Assembly: GCF_006345805.1 (NCBI RefSeq)
Contig: NW_021824635.1
Location: 1 to 17,880 of the forward strand
Source of the DNA: Octopus sinensis
Lineage: Eukaryota
Direction of reading: 5' to 3'
Length of the DNA stretch: 17,880 nucleotides
Position numbers and translations under genes: made by a program. A model generated the notes under the pieces. That model did no database searches, had not been told where the DNA came from, and saw nothing but the letters and a program-made list of their open reading frames with translations. Positions 1 through 9,677 of this stretch are shown here, one piece after another. Position 1 is the stretch's first letter. Every line of letters starts with the position of its first letter.

Positions 1-3000
1 GAAAACAATTCTTACCTTCGTTTGTTAAAACTTCCGGTGGGTCGATTTTCATAATTTAATCAGTCGACAGCCGTATTCTTCCTTCGCCAGACAACAGGTG
101 TTCAGCATGAATCCACATTTCAGATATCTCCGGACACTGGACAATAGCGTGAGGAACGGTTTCCCTGTCTCCCCCGAATCTTGGACAGGTCGGCGACTGA
201 CGCTTACCGCGTCTTGCGAGCTTATCCCAAACGGGCAAGGCACATCTGTAACATTGCCAGGTGAAGGATTTTTGGAAGTTGTCCAACGTTCTCAACTCGA
301 ATGTACGATGGAACAGGTTGTCCAGTTGAATATACTCAAGACCTACAGTCGCCCCCAGGCCATCGTCACATTCAGACTCTACCAACCCACTATATAAAAT
401 TCGTGTAGAACCCTCACCGCTGGTATTTCCCGAGCATTTCCACTCACTCGATCTCGGTCTACGAAAACACCAGGCTTCCTGTTCGCAAAAACTTTTGAAC
501 TCGGGGAACATTTGTCTGGCCAGCGGAGACCACATCGGTTCACCATCCAAGAGAATCCAGAGATGCCTCAACCTCAGCGCATGCCAGCGCACCATTAACC
601 AAGGCATCCCTAAACCTATCTTTAACGGCTTTCGACAAAAGACAGAGCGTTTCACAAGTGGCGACTTGCCCTTCCACAAAAAGTGAAAGAGCTGTCTCTC
701 CAACCTGATCAACCACCAATCCGGAGAGGGCACGACGGTCAGTAATGACCGATGGGATAAACACATTGGCCACCTCCACCCTCCTTTTCAGGGATAGCCA
801 CCGCCAAGACCAGGTCTTGATTACTGCAGCCACCCTGCTCGAAACCTCCGTCCAGTTTTTCTCTATCTGGAGGCCTGGTCCAAACCAGACTCCTAACAAG
901 TTAACCGGTCCCTCTGTCCAGCGCTTAACAACGCTGTCTGAAGGCATCGACTTGCCAACCCAGGTACTGTGGTTACGCTGAGAGTGATATCGTCCGCATA
1001 AGCTCTAACAAATTCCTCTGAACCTGGTTCTTTCGGGATGCCACCCAACCTTCACAGTAGGGGCTCAAGAGCCACCAAATACAAAAGTGGTGAGAGCGGA
1101 CATCCTTGACAAATCGAGTGCCTGATGCAGAACGGCTTCAAAAGGAAACCGTTCAACCGAACTATCGAGTCAATGTTGTGATACAAAGCGATAAACCACC
1201 TGAGGAAGACAAGGCCTAGGCCGAACTGCGCAAGCACAGTCACCAGGTATCGATGGTCAACCCTATCAAGCGCTTTAGACTGGTCTAAATGTTCCAATGC
1301 CCACCTTTTCCAGATTTATCACCAACCCTCTCTATAGTATAGCGAATAAGGTGAAGATTATCCTGAATAGTTCTGCCTGGGATGGCACATGTCTGTGCCT
1401 CCCCGACTATACCATTCGCGACACGCGCCAACCTTTTTGCTAAGACCTTGGCAAAATCTTCACTTCTGCGTTTGACAGAGTGATGGGCCTGAAATTATCT
1501 AAAACGTCCCCCTTGTTCAGATCCTTTCTGACCAACGTCACTACTCTCCAGCGCACAGATTTTGGGAATAAACCCATTCTGTTGCCAGTTCGCGTACACG
1601 TCAGCCAGTAGGTGCCCGAACAAGTCTGGCATACATTTATACAGCTCGTACGGAAGACCATCAAGTCCCGGCAACTTACCCGCTTTACAGTAGACCATAG
1701 CTTCCATCATCTCCACATGCGTGATCGGCCCTACGAAAGACTCTACCCCCGAGAGGCACGGCAGCCCGGCAAGAAAATCCTCGAGGACTCCCCCACCATC
1801 ACCCCCGAACAGCTGAGTGAAGTACTCCCGAAAGGCCTCACACATTTCCTCGTTTTCGTTTACCAAGACACTATTTTGATTCGTCAAAGACCGAATAGTG
1901 GAACTATTTCCTTGTCGAGCTTCCACTACTCGGGCCCATCCAGCGACCTTGATTCCTTCAATCCCCATCGCACGTAACTTAGCTCTGGTAATACATCCCA
2001 TGTGTTGGGCTTCAAGGTGCTGGTTCAACTCCAGTTTCCCCACCTTCACTTGGTCCGCATTACCAGTCCTCCAGGCTTCTTCTAGTTCCTTAACTAGACC
2101 ATCTCTTATTATACGTCTCTTCTTAGCTAAACTTATGCTAAACCTAATAAACTCATATTTTATGGCTCTTTTTAGGGCGTACCACCATTTGTTATTAATG
2201 ATGGTACCTGTCAATGGCCTCTGTATTAACATCTCGATCCGCTTTCTGTACTCCTCTATCGCCAAAAGGGACGTATTGAGTTTCCAGTAGCCAGATCCCT
2301 GTCTATGCAACTTATCTACTGTCAGCTTACAGGTAACCATCTTGTGATCACTGTAGCTGGCTAGATAAAACTGTGGACACTTAGCTATGGACTTATCTGT
2401 TTTTCTAATTAACACCCTATCTAGATATGTTCTGGAAGACCCGTCACTATTTGACTACGTCCACTGTAGAGTGTTCGGATGTTCCAACCTGTATGGATCT
2501 GCCAGCTGAAAGTGACTTAGCAGATCCTGTAAGCCAGGGTTATCTTTTCTATTCATGCTCGAGCCAACACAATCTGTGTGTGCGTCACAGATTATATTAA
2601 AGTCTCATATCAGTACAAGCAAATGTGACGGGGCCAGGAACTTTCCCAGGTCACGAAAATATTCACTTTGTGGGCCCATAACGTTGCGTACATAAATTGC
2701 AACCAGCCTGATTGTCTTGCCACAACTGAATGTCAGGTCGAGAACGACCAACTTGCCTTCTGGATCAGAAAAAAAACATCTTTTTCTCGGCTACCCGGTT
2801 TCTTTTTAGTAGGACCAACACCCCACCCCCATCTCCCGCCCGACTCGGAGAAACGTATTTCTCATAGCCGTTCAGGAGGGGCAGCAGATCTTTTGGCCCT
2901 TTGCAACAATCACATCCAATTTTCTTGACCTGATGTCATTAGGAAGCGCCCTTGCTTGCAGCTAGACATCAGGCCACGAACATTTGTGAATAGACATTAC

Positions 3001-3006
3001 TTGCAT
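1..3006 (-). pseudogene. ORF2 (APE endonuclease + reverse transcriptase + C-terminal zinc motif), broken
   Basis: APE motifs: NVRGL (~2970-2984), LI*DFN (GDFN with Gly to stop, ~2600), RTYLDRVL, YSDHK. RT motifs: KLPGLDGLPYELY, NFRPITLSNAEVKIL, LDQSKALDRVDH, QGCPLSPLLY, YADD (989-1000), LLGVWFG. C-terminal CPRFGGDRETVPHAIVQC, where the second Cys appears changed to Phe. Spread over ORF-track pieces 1495-2415, 1440-1664, 1052-1297, 540-947 and 56-766. Confidence 0.92.
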
Positions 3007-3235
3007 ATTTAATCCGGGTGTCCTGATTTTCTTGATATAGGGTCGGAAGTGGTAAGTCTTGAAAATTGGATTGACTAAAATCCAATACCGTCGTCGACAC
3101 CGAATTTTCTATACGTGTTAAGTAATACATTATGAATCTTTTTATCCATTTCGTAGAACTCAGTTCTTATATTTATTTGAAAGTTCTGCAATCCTAGTGG
3201 CTGATTTTTTCGCTTTAATTTCTCTCATTAAATCT

Positions 3236-3379
3236 TCATTTTTTTCTGTATAACGCGACTATCCCCCTCTCTTCTGTTTCCTTCCTTACTATTTTTGGTT
3301 TGTGTCTTTTTTGTTCGACCTGTTTTTGGTGATTTATACTTTCCATTTTTCTCTTATTGTTAGTTGCTTTCTTTTCTTC

Positions 3380-3424
<45 letters not shown>

Positions 3425-4439
3425 ACCTTTAGATTTTTCCTCACTGTCTCTACAGTGATTTTTTATATGACCCAGCTGGCCACACTGGAAACATCGGGGC
3501 TTTACGCCCCTCGACGAATGCGTTAAAGGAATTCCTCCCCAATTTCTATTTTCTCCGGTAACTGTTCTAAAATTGACTGTTCTGCTTGTATTAGGAGGTA
3601 AACCGTTTGACCGGTCCAATAAGCCTTTTCTATGACGGTAGCTTGAAGGAGTGTTATATTATCTTCCTTTTTTGCCAGGACTGCAGCCATCAACTACATA
3701 GGGTCGACTTGAGGTGGGACCCTTGGTATACGTATCTCTGACGTCCTCATTCCCATATATATTGGAATTACAACAACGTCCTCCGTTTCTAAAGATTTAA
3801 CTGAGTGCATTTGTGCCATTTCTATATCTTTTAGTCATACTTCGATAGCACCAAACTTCTTCCCTCTGGCTAAGTATGTGATATTCCTGCCAGATGGGTT
3901 TCAAGCACTTCTCAACTTTCTCTTCGCTCACTCTATCATTTCTTTTCCCTTTTAGACAGTAAGATTTTAAAATAATTGTTTTTCTTTTTTTTTCTAACAT
4001 TAATAGTTCTTCTGGGGGGTTGAACTTTCACAACACCGTCTTCAATTGTTATCATATCTGTGTACTTTATCAGGTCATTTTTGTTTGTCGACAGCTGGCG
4101 GGTTCCACCTCCAGCCGCCAACGCAAAACTTCTTTTTTCTTTATTTTCTTCTGTTTGAAAGCTTTTCACGTCAATATTCCTCTTTGCAACAGTACACATT
4201 GATGGTTGGGGAAATTCACTTTCAGAAGAATCCGAAATATCGCCAAATATTAAACTTTCAATCTTTTTTGCCTCCCTGTCGGTTGACGACTCTTCGCCAT
4301 ACGAAGTTACACTTTTCGGAATCTTGCCAGGAATGAATGTTTCCCCCACAGGGGAAAACACGATGGTTTTCCAACGAAGAATATCACACAAATAATTATA
4401 ACAGGAAATGACACAAAAACAGTCGATAGAAACTTGCAC
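3236..4439 (-). pseudogene. ORF1 (gag-like nucleic-acid-binding protein with CCHC zinc knuckle), frameshifted
   Basis: CFQCGQLGHIKNHC (C-x2-C-x4-H-x4-C) in 3236-3619. Upstream fragments 3797-4000 and 3936-4439 (RSFALAA motif), charged C-terminus, position upstream of ORF2. True start and stop are uncertain. Confidence 0.75.
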
Positions 4440-4490
4440 TTACTATACGGACGCCCTCCAATAATAATTACCACTAAATCCAAACTCACA

Positions 4491-4736
4491 CAGACGAAAT
4501 ACCTATTTCTTTACTAAACACAAGGAGTTAAACATAGAGAGGACAAACGAGGACAGACAAAGGGATTAAGCCGATTACGTCGACCCCAGTGTGTAACTGG
4601 TACTTATTTAATCGACCCCGAAAGGATGAAAGGCAAAGTCGACCTCGGCGGAATTTGAACTCAGAACGTCGCGGCAGACGAAATACCGCTAAGCATTTCG
4701 GCCGGCGTGCTAACCTTTCTGCCAACTCGCAGCCTT
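4491..4736 (-). mobile_element. tRNA-derived SINE, family A, copy 1
   Basis: Pol III A-box-like TGGCAGAAAGGTTAG and B-box GAGTTCAAATTCC. Central block GCCTTTCATCCTTTCGGGGTCGA shared with four other copies in the window; it resembles the Meta/MESC SINE domain as recalled (unverified). Confidence 0.9.
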
Positions 4737-4874
4737 GATGCCAGCCCCTCAATCATTAAAATGCAACTCGGACAACGCCGGTATTTATTTATTTATTTAT
4801 TTATTTATTAACTAGCGTGGTTTTGTATAATCAGGTAGATACCAAAACATCAAATCGAGGCCAACATCGCCGAT

Positions 4875-5290
4875 ATTGTGTGGCCGCTCAGCAGGCTAGA
4901 AATGACAACCAAATCGCCCTACAATCAAATCTTCCGTTTTAATACAAAGGAAAGGCCGACGAGATGAGTCGTTATACTTGAAAAAATAACGGGATTATCA
5001 CGACTGGAACGCTTTTCATTATTGGTTTGTCTGAAGGCAGTGAGCTGGCAGAATAGTTAACACGCAGGACGAAATGCTTAGCGGTATTTCACCCATCGCT
5101 ACGTTCTGAGTTCAAATTCTGCCGAGGTCGACTTTGCCTTTCATCCTTTCGAGGTCTATAAATTAAGTACCAGTTGAGAACTAGGGTCGATGTGATCGAC
5201 CGTTTGCCTCCCCACAAAATCCAGGCTATAGTAGAAAGGATTATCGGTTTGGCTGCTCAAGGTTGATCTGTTTTAGAGCTAAACAACCAT
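4875..5290 (+). repeat. Old degenerate interspersed repeat, interrupted by SINE A copy 2
   Basis: Motifs GCTAGAAA..CA.CCAAAT and CTGCTCAA..TGATCT..GCTAAACAAC have diverged reverse-complement counterparts at ~7566-7630, 8535-8570, 8834-8900 and 10118-10150. Family unclassified; ends approximate. Confidence 0.45.
5034..5244 (+). mobile_element. SINE family A, copy 2, with target-site duplication
   Basis: Same head and core as 4491-4736 in opposite orientation. Flanks ATTATTGGTTTGTCTG (5018-5033) and ATTATCGGTTTGGCTG (5240-5255) match at 14/16. Confidence 0.9.
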
Positions 5291-5608
5291 CGTATTGCTA
5301 GATATCTCTGCTAGATTTCATAATGATATATCTTACTTTTAAAAGAAGAAACGAAGGGTAATCTACCCCGGCTGTTTTCGGCGATAGTGATAAAGAATTA
5401 TTAAATGGCTTATAAACACCTTCTACGCTGCAATTGTTTCCGTTCCAGCACACGATCTCAGATCAGGTCACTTGCTATGCAAATACATCTCCGTAAAATG
5501 ATAAAGAATGTTCGGGCTAAATTGGACAGCTTGCATATAAAAAAGGAAAGAAAACACTATTCCATCAAAAATAAAGAGTACAGAATGTTCAAAAAGTCTC
5601 TCCGCAGT

Positions 5609-5815
5609 GAATTTTTCGGTGAACGGATTATTTCGAAGGGACTTTGGCCACCAACATCACCCGATTTAACACCGCCAGACATTTTTTTCTGGAGAGCAAG
5701 TAAGGGATCAGTGTACAAGAATCGCCCGAAAACCATTAATGAGCTAAAAGACGCAATCATAACCTTCACACGGTCCACACCGCGCCAGACTCTCCAAGAC
5801 GTATTTCTAAACATG
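5609..5815 (+). pseudogene. Tc1/mariner-superfamily transposase C-terminal fragment (DDD type)
   Basis: EFFGERIISKGLWPPTSPDLTPPDIFFWRASKGSVYKNRPKTINELKDAI matches the WPPxSPDLTPxDFFLWG-LK-VY motif, with Asp as third catalytic residue. The first two catalytic motifs and clear TIRs are not seen. Confidence 0.85.
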
Positions 5816-6200
5816 TGCAAAGACAACGACAACAACAACAATAATAATAATAATATTAATAATGGTAAATAAATAAATAAATAAAAATCAAAGGAAACCT
5901 AAAGGAACCAACAAATTTATCATGTGCCCCTTGTATGCTATGTCAGCAATAATCAGTGTTTACTCAACCTCCACATGGAGTTTACTTGAAGCAAATAAAT
6001 CCGAGTGGCTTCCATTGACTTTCCGCTTATAGGAAATTTTTGCCGTTGCAAAATTCGCCGTGAAAAACATTTCGTTTTAAATGACTTTATCAGTTTTTCT
6101 GTTTCATTTTCCTTTTTAATGTTTGACGTTGAATAAAGACTTGTCTATTGAATGCTTTTATAAAACTTTTTCTTATTCTCTTATTCTTTTTTCTTTATTA

Positions 6201-6405
6201 TTCTTTTACTTGTTTCAGTCATTTGACTGCGGCCATGCTGGAGCACCGCCTTTAGTCGAACATATCGACCCCCCCGGGGCTTATTTCTTTGTAAGCCTAG
6301 TACTTATTCTATCGACTCTCTTTTGCCGAACCGTTAAGTTTACAGAGACCTAAACACACCAAGATCGGTTCACAAGCAATGGTGAGGCGACAAACAGACA
6401 CACAA

Positions 6406-6453
<48 letters not shown>

Positions 6454-6633
6454 ATATATATATATATATACGACGGGCTTCTTTTAGTTTCTGTCTACCA
6501 AATCCACTCACAAGACTATGATCGGCCCGAGGCTATACTAGAAGACACTTGCTCGAGGTGCCATACAGTGGGTCTGAACCCGGAACCATGTGGTTGGCAA
6601 GCAAGCCATTTACCACACAACCACTCTGCTGCG
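6201..6633 (-). mobile_element. tRNA-derived SINE, family B (CORE-like block, internal microsatellite), full length
   Basis: Reverse complement of the copies at 10971 and 11851. Internal TA/CA tract at ~6408-6470. Confidence 0.92.
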
Positions 6634-6964
6634 ATTATATTGAAATAATACATTTTATCATGGTCCATACGGCGAATGTGTCTTCCGGTGAATTTCCCTA
6701 TATGGCAAAGTATCTTACAATGCATCTTGCCCGACATGCTGACATTCATCCTTAAACCTTCTTCGCTTCCCAAAATTATCCTCATCGTCATTAGCAAGTC
6801 CTTCCGTTTGTTCGGAAGTTATTATGAGCATTAGTAAGATCTTCACAACTTTAGAGCCGTCAACCATATTTTCAAAAGCTTATCGTACGAAGCTGTTATT
6901 AAGATAATCAGCCGGCAGCTCGCAAAATTATAGCACGGAATCCAAATTTTTAAATATTTACCAA

Positions 6965-7036
6965 AGCAGCACAACAACATCAACAGCAGCAGCAGCAGCA
7001 ACAACAACAACAACAACAATAACTACCACCACCACC

Positions 7037-7073
<37 letters not shown>

Positions 7074-7510
7074 GTTATTGATAATGGGTTGGGTAAGATG
7101 ATGTTGTCATTGTTGTTGTTGATGGTGATGTTGATGATGGCTGTAGTTATAGTGGTCAAGATGACGTCAATGGTTCTCGTGGTGGTTTGGTGATGGTGAT
7201 GACGCTGATGACGCTGATGATGATGATGATGATAATGCTGCTGCTGCTGATGATGATGGAGGCGGTGATAATGATGGAGCTAACGATAAAGATGTTAGTG
7301 GCGGGAATGAGGATGAATGTGGTGATGGTGGCAGTGTCGGTAGTGGTGGTAGTAGTAATTAATAGAAATGGTGATGGCGGTGGTGGTGGCGATGAGGATG
7401 AAGATGATGATGATGATGATGATGGTCATCATCATCATCATCATCATCATCATAATTACAATGACAATCCTCCTCCTCTTCCTCCTCCTCATCATCATCA
7501 TCATCGTCAA
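6965..7510. repeat. Compound trinucleotide microsatellite field (CAG, CAA, CAC, TAC, GAT, GGT, CAT, CCT)
   Basis: Directly visible runs. Confidence 0.95.
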
Positions 7511-7706
7511 ACTAGCTGTTAGTTGATACTATTTTTTATAGTTGTTTTTACAATGAGCACTATCATTTAACCCCAGGTTGAGCCTGAATCAAGCAGACCC
7601 GAGACCAAAAGCATATTCAATCGTGATCCTCTCGCTTTTAGAATATCCAAGAACATCTAAGCCAATATATCCTCCTTCGTTTTCTTTTTAATGATAGAAC
7701 AGACGT

Positions 7707-8459
7707 GTGTGCCTATAATGCTTAATGCAGATACATCGTGAAAAGACAAATTAACTGCGGTATTGATCCAAAAAGGATATCTCTTATGGATGGACGTACT
7801 CTGTTTAAAATCGCAAAGATATATCAGTAACAGAGAAAAATATTCCAGTAGCAGCGGCCCAAGTGCCACACGAGCATTTCTTGCGTGATTCTTTTCGTAA
7901 GCAGCATGTTCCCACTGCATGCTGCATGCTAATAAGATAATCCGGTTGCCAGTGGGAACACATATTGACAAAGCTCAATTAGGCAGAAATGCATATTTTT
8001 TATTTTTTAAAATTTTTTATCTAGTTTCAGCTCACGAGCTGTGGCCATGCTGGGGCATCGCCATTTGGTGTTGCTACATGATTTTACTTCACAAATGCTT
8101 TGTAGCAATTGCCCTTTGGTGCATGAGAGAGTTCGATGCAGCTGCCCTCATCTGCACCTCCTGCCGTGAAGTTGGTTCATCTGGGACACCTGACAGGAAG
8201 AGATCCAGTTTTATTTTAAAGACATCTGCATCCAACCCATGCAGGTCTCTTAGGTTCTTCGGGAGGATATTGAAGAGCTGTGGGCCTCGGAAGCATATCT
8301 AATATTCTTACTAAAGTTGCTGGACGAATTTCGTTTGCTTCTGAGATATTTTTGTGTTTTTAGATACAGAACGTCCACAAGAGATATATATCCGGCCCAG
8401 CCGAATACTGCAGTTAAATTAGCCAATTCGCGATGTATTTGCATTAAATATGATGCACA
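7707..8459. mobile_element. Old palindromic (MITE/foldback-like) element of ~430 bp, interrupted by a CR1-like fragment
   Basis: TTAATGCAGATACATCGTGAA..TTAACTGCGGTATT (7722-7764) matches the reverse complement of 8404-8447. 7775-7830 matches the reverse complement of ~8335-8393. Central TGTTCCCACTG (7907-7917) pairs with CAGTGGGAACA (7950-7960). Confidence 0.7.
8013..8294 (-). mobile_element. 5'-truncated CR1-like LINE 3' end
   Basis: Minus-strand translation FRGPQLFNILPKNLRDLHGLDADVFKIKLDLFLSGVPDEPT...SNSLMHQ...* is a CR1-type ORF2 C-terminus, followed by a short 3'UTR stem-loop and an A-rich tail. GCATAT occurs on both flanks (7991-7996, 8293-8298). Confidence 0.85.
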
Positions 8460-8777
8460 GATAACTATATTAATCTAATACTGATTGTTTGACATATAAC
8501 AGATTTTTAAATGGTAGAGAATAATCCGAGAAAGTTTGTCTGCTGTTTCTAGCAAACCAAGTGATCACCACAACGAAGTGTTCCTCCCTGTCTCGTTGTT
8601 GTTGTTATTACTCTTGTTGTCAACCATCAAACAGTCCTGCTTGAGCAGATCTGATCACGGCTTCATTATCCTGTGTCCTTTGCGTTTTCAAAACTGTGTA
8701 TACGCAATGCAGGTCACACCTGGCTGCTATTTTCAGCAGCTCGATCAACCGCGTAGAGGCCAACGCATCGCTGTCAA

Positions 8778-8812
<35 letters not shown>

Positions 8813-8952
8813 ACATCACCATCGTCGACGTTTTTGTTTAGCTCAAGATCAGTCCTGATTGGGCAGGTCTGTCAAAGATATTCCAGCCGTGACCATCCCA
8901 TCATATTGATATTCCATGTGTATTTTATTACGAGAGGCAAAGAAGAAGGGAA

Positions 8953-9224
8953 GGCGCGTGGCGTAGTGGTTAGGGTATTCGGCTCATGATCATGAGGTCG
9001 AGAGTTCGATTCCTGAGCGTCGCGTTGCGTCCTTGAGCAAGACACTTTATTTCACGTTGATCCCGTTCACTCGGCTAGCAAAAATGAGTTGTACCTGTAA
9101 TTCATAGGGGGCCACACTTGACACATTCTGTGTCACGCAGAATATTTATGAGAACTAAGTTAAAGCTACACGCGTCTGTGGAGTACTCAGCCACTTGCAC
9201 GTTACATTCCTGAGCAGGCTGTGA
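8953..9224 (+). mobile_element. tRNA-derived SINE, family C
   Basis: A box TGGCGTAGTGG and B box GTTCGATTCC, followed by the CORE/V-like block GTCCTTGAGCAAGACACTT. Single copy in the window. Confidence 0.8.
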
Positions 9225-9225
9225 T

Positions 9226-9447
9226 ATAATAATCCTTTCTACTACAGGCACAAGGCCTGAAATTTGGAGACAGGGGCTAGTCGGTTACATCGACCCCAGT
9301 ACGTAACTGGTACATTTTTAATCGACCCCCGAAAGGATGAAAGACAAAGTCGACTTCGGCGGAAGTGGAACTCAGAACGTAGTGGCAGGCGAATTACCGC
9401 TAAACATCTCGTCCAGCGTGCTAACGATTCTGCCAGTTCGCCGCCTT
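9226..9447 (-). mobile_element. SINE family A, copy 3, with target-site duplication
   Basis: Head and core as in other A copies. AGGCTGTGA duplicated at 9216-9224 and 9448-9456. Confidence 0.9.
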
Positions 9448-9505
9448 AGGCTGTGAAATAATAATAATAATAATAATAATTATAATAATAATAATAATAA
9501 TAATA

Positions 9506-9632
9506 ATGGTTTCGAAATTTTCCACAAGGGTAGCAATTTTGGTGGAAGGGAATGAGTCGATTACATGGATCCCAGAGCGAAACTGGTACTTAATTTATCA
9601 ACTCCGAAAGGATGAAAGGCAAATTAGACCTC
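9506..9632 (-). mobile_element. SINE family A, copy 4 (5'-truncated, diverged)
   Basis: Core CCGAAAGGATGAAAGGCAAA and tail present, head absent. Adjacent to an (AAT)n run. Confidence 0.8.
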
Positions 9633-9677
9633 AAATGATAACAACAACAACAACAACAAAAATAATAATAACAACAC

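Larger units (their letters stand above)
1..4490 (-). mobile_element. Tx1/L1-group non-LTR retrotransposon, near full length, degenerate; 3' end lies outside the window
   Basis: Minus-strand order is 5'UTR, ORF1 with CCHC knuckle, then ORF2 with APE endonuclease, RT and a C-terminal Cys/His motif. Many stops and frameshifts. 5' boundary is approximate (4440-4490). Confidence 0.9.

Noticed and set aside
98-2928. Plus-strand ORFs overlapping the LINE (e.g. 1612-1977, 1898-2290)
   Set aside because: Antisense shadows of ORF2 with no recognisable motifs.
5405-5872. 155-aa ORF as an intact protein
   Set aside because: Only the central part is transposase-like. The N-terminal part is unrelated and the end is an AAC/AAT microsatellite.
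7187-7522. Met/Asp/His/Pro-rich ORF as a metal-binding or structural protein
   Set aside because: It is a translation of trinucleotide microsatellites, similar ORFs appear on both strands, and there is no evidence of gene structure.
7907-7960. Possible pre-miRNA hairpin
   Set aside because: Only 11 bp pair well, and it is better explained as the centre of the larger palindromic element.
8953-9025. tRNA gene (likewise the heads of SINE A, B and D)
   Set aside because: A and B boxes are present but there is no clean cloverleaf or T-run terminator, and the sequence continues into SINE body.
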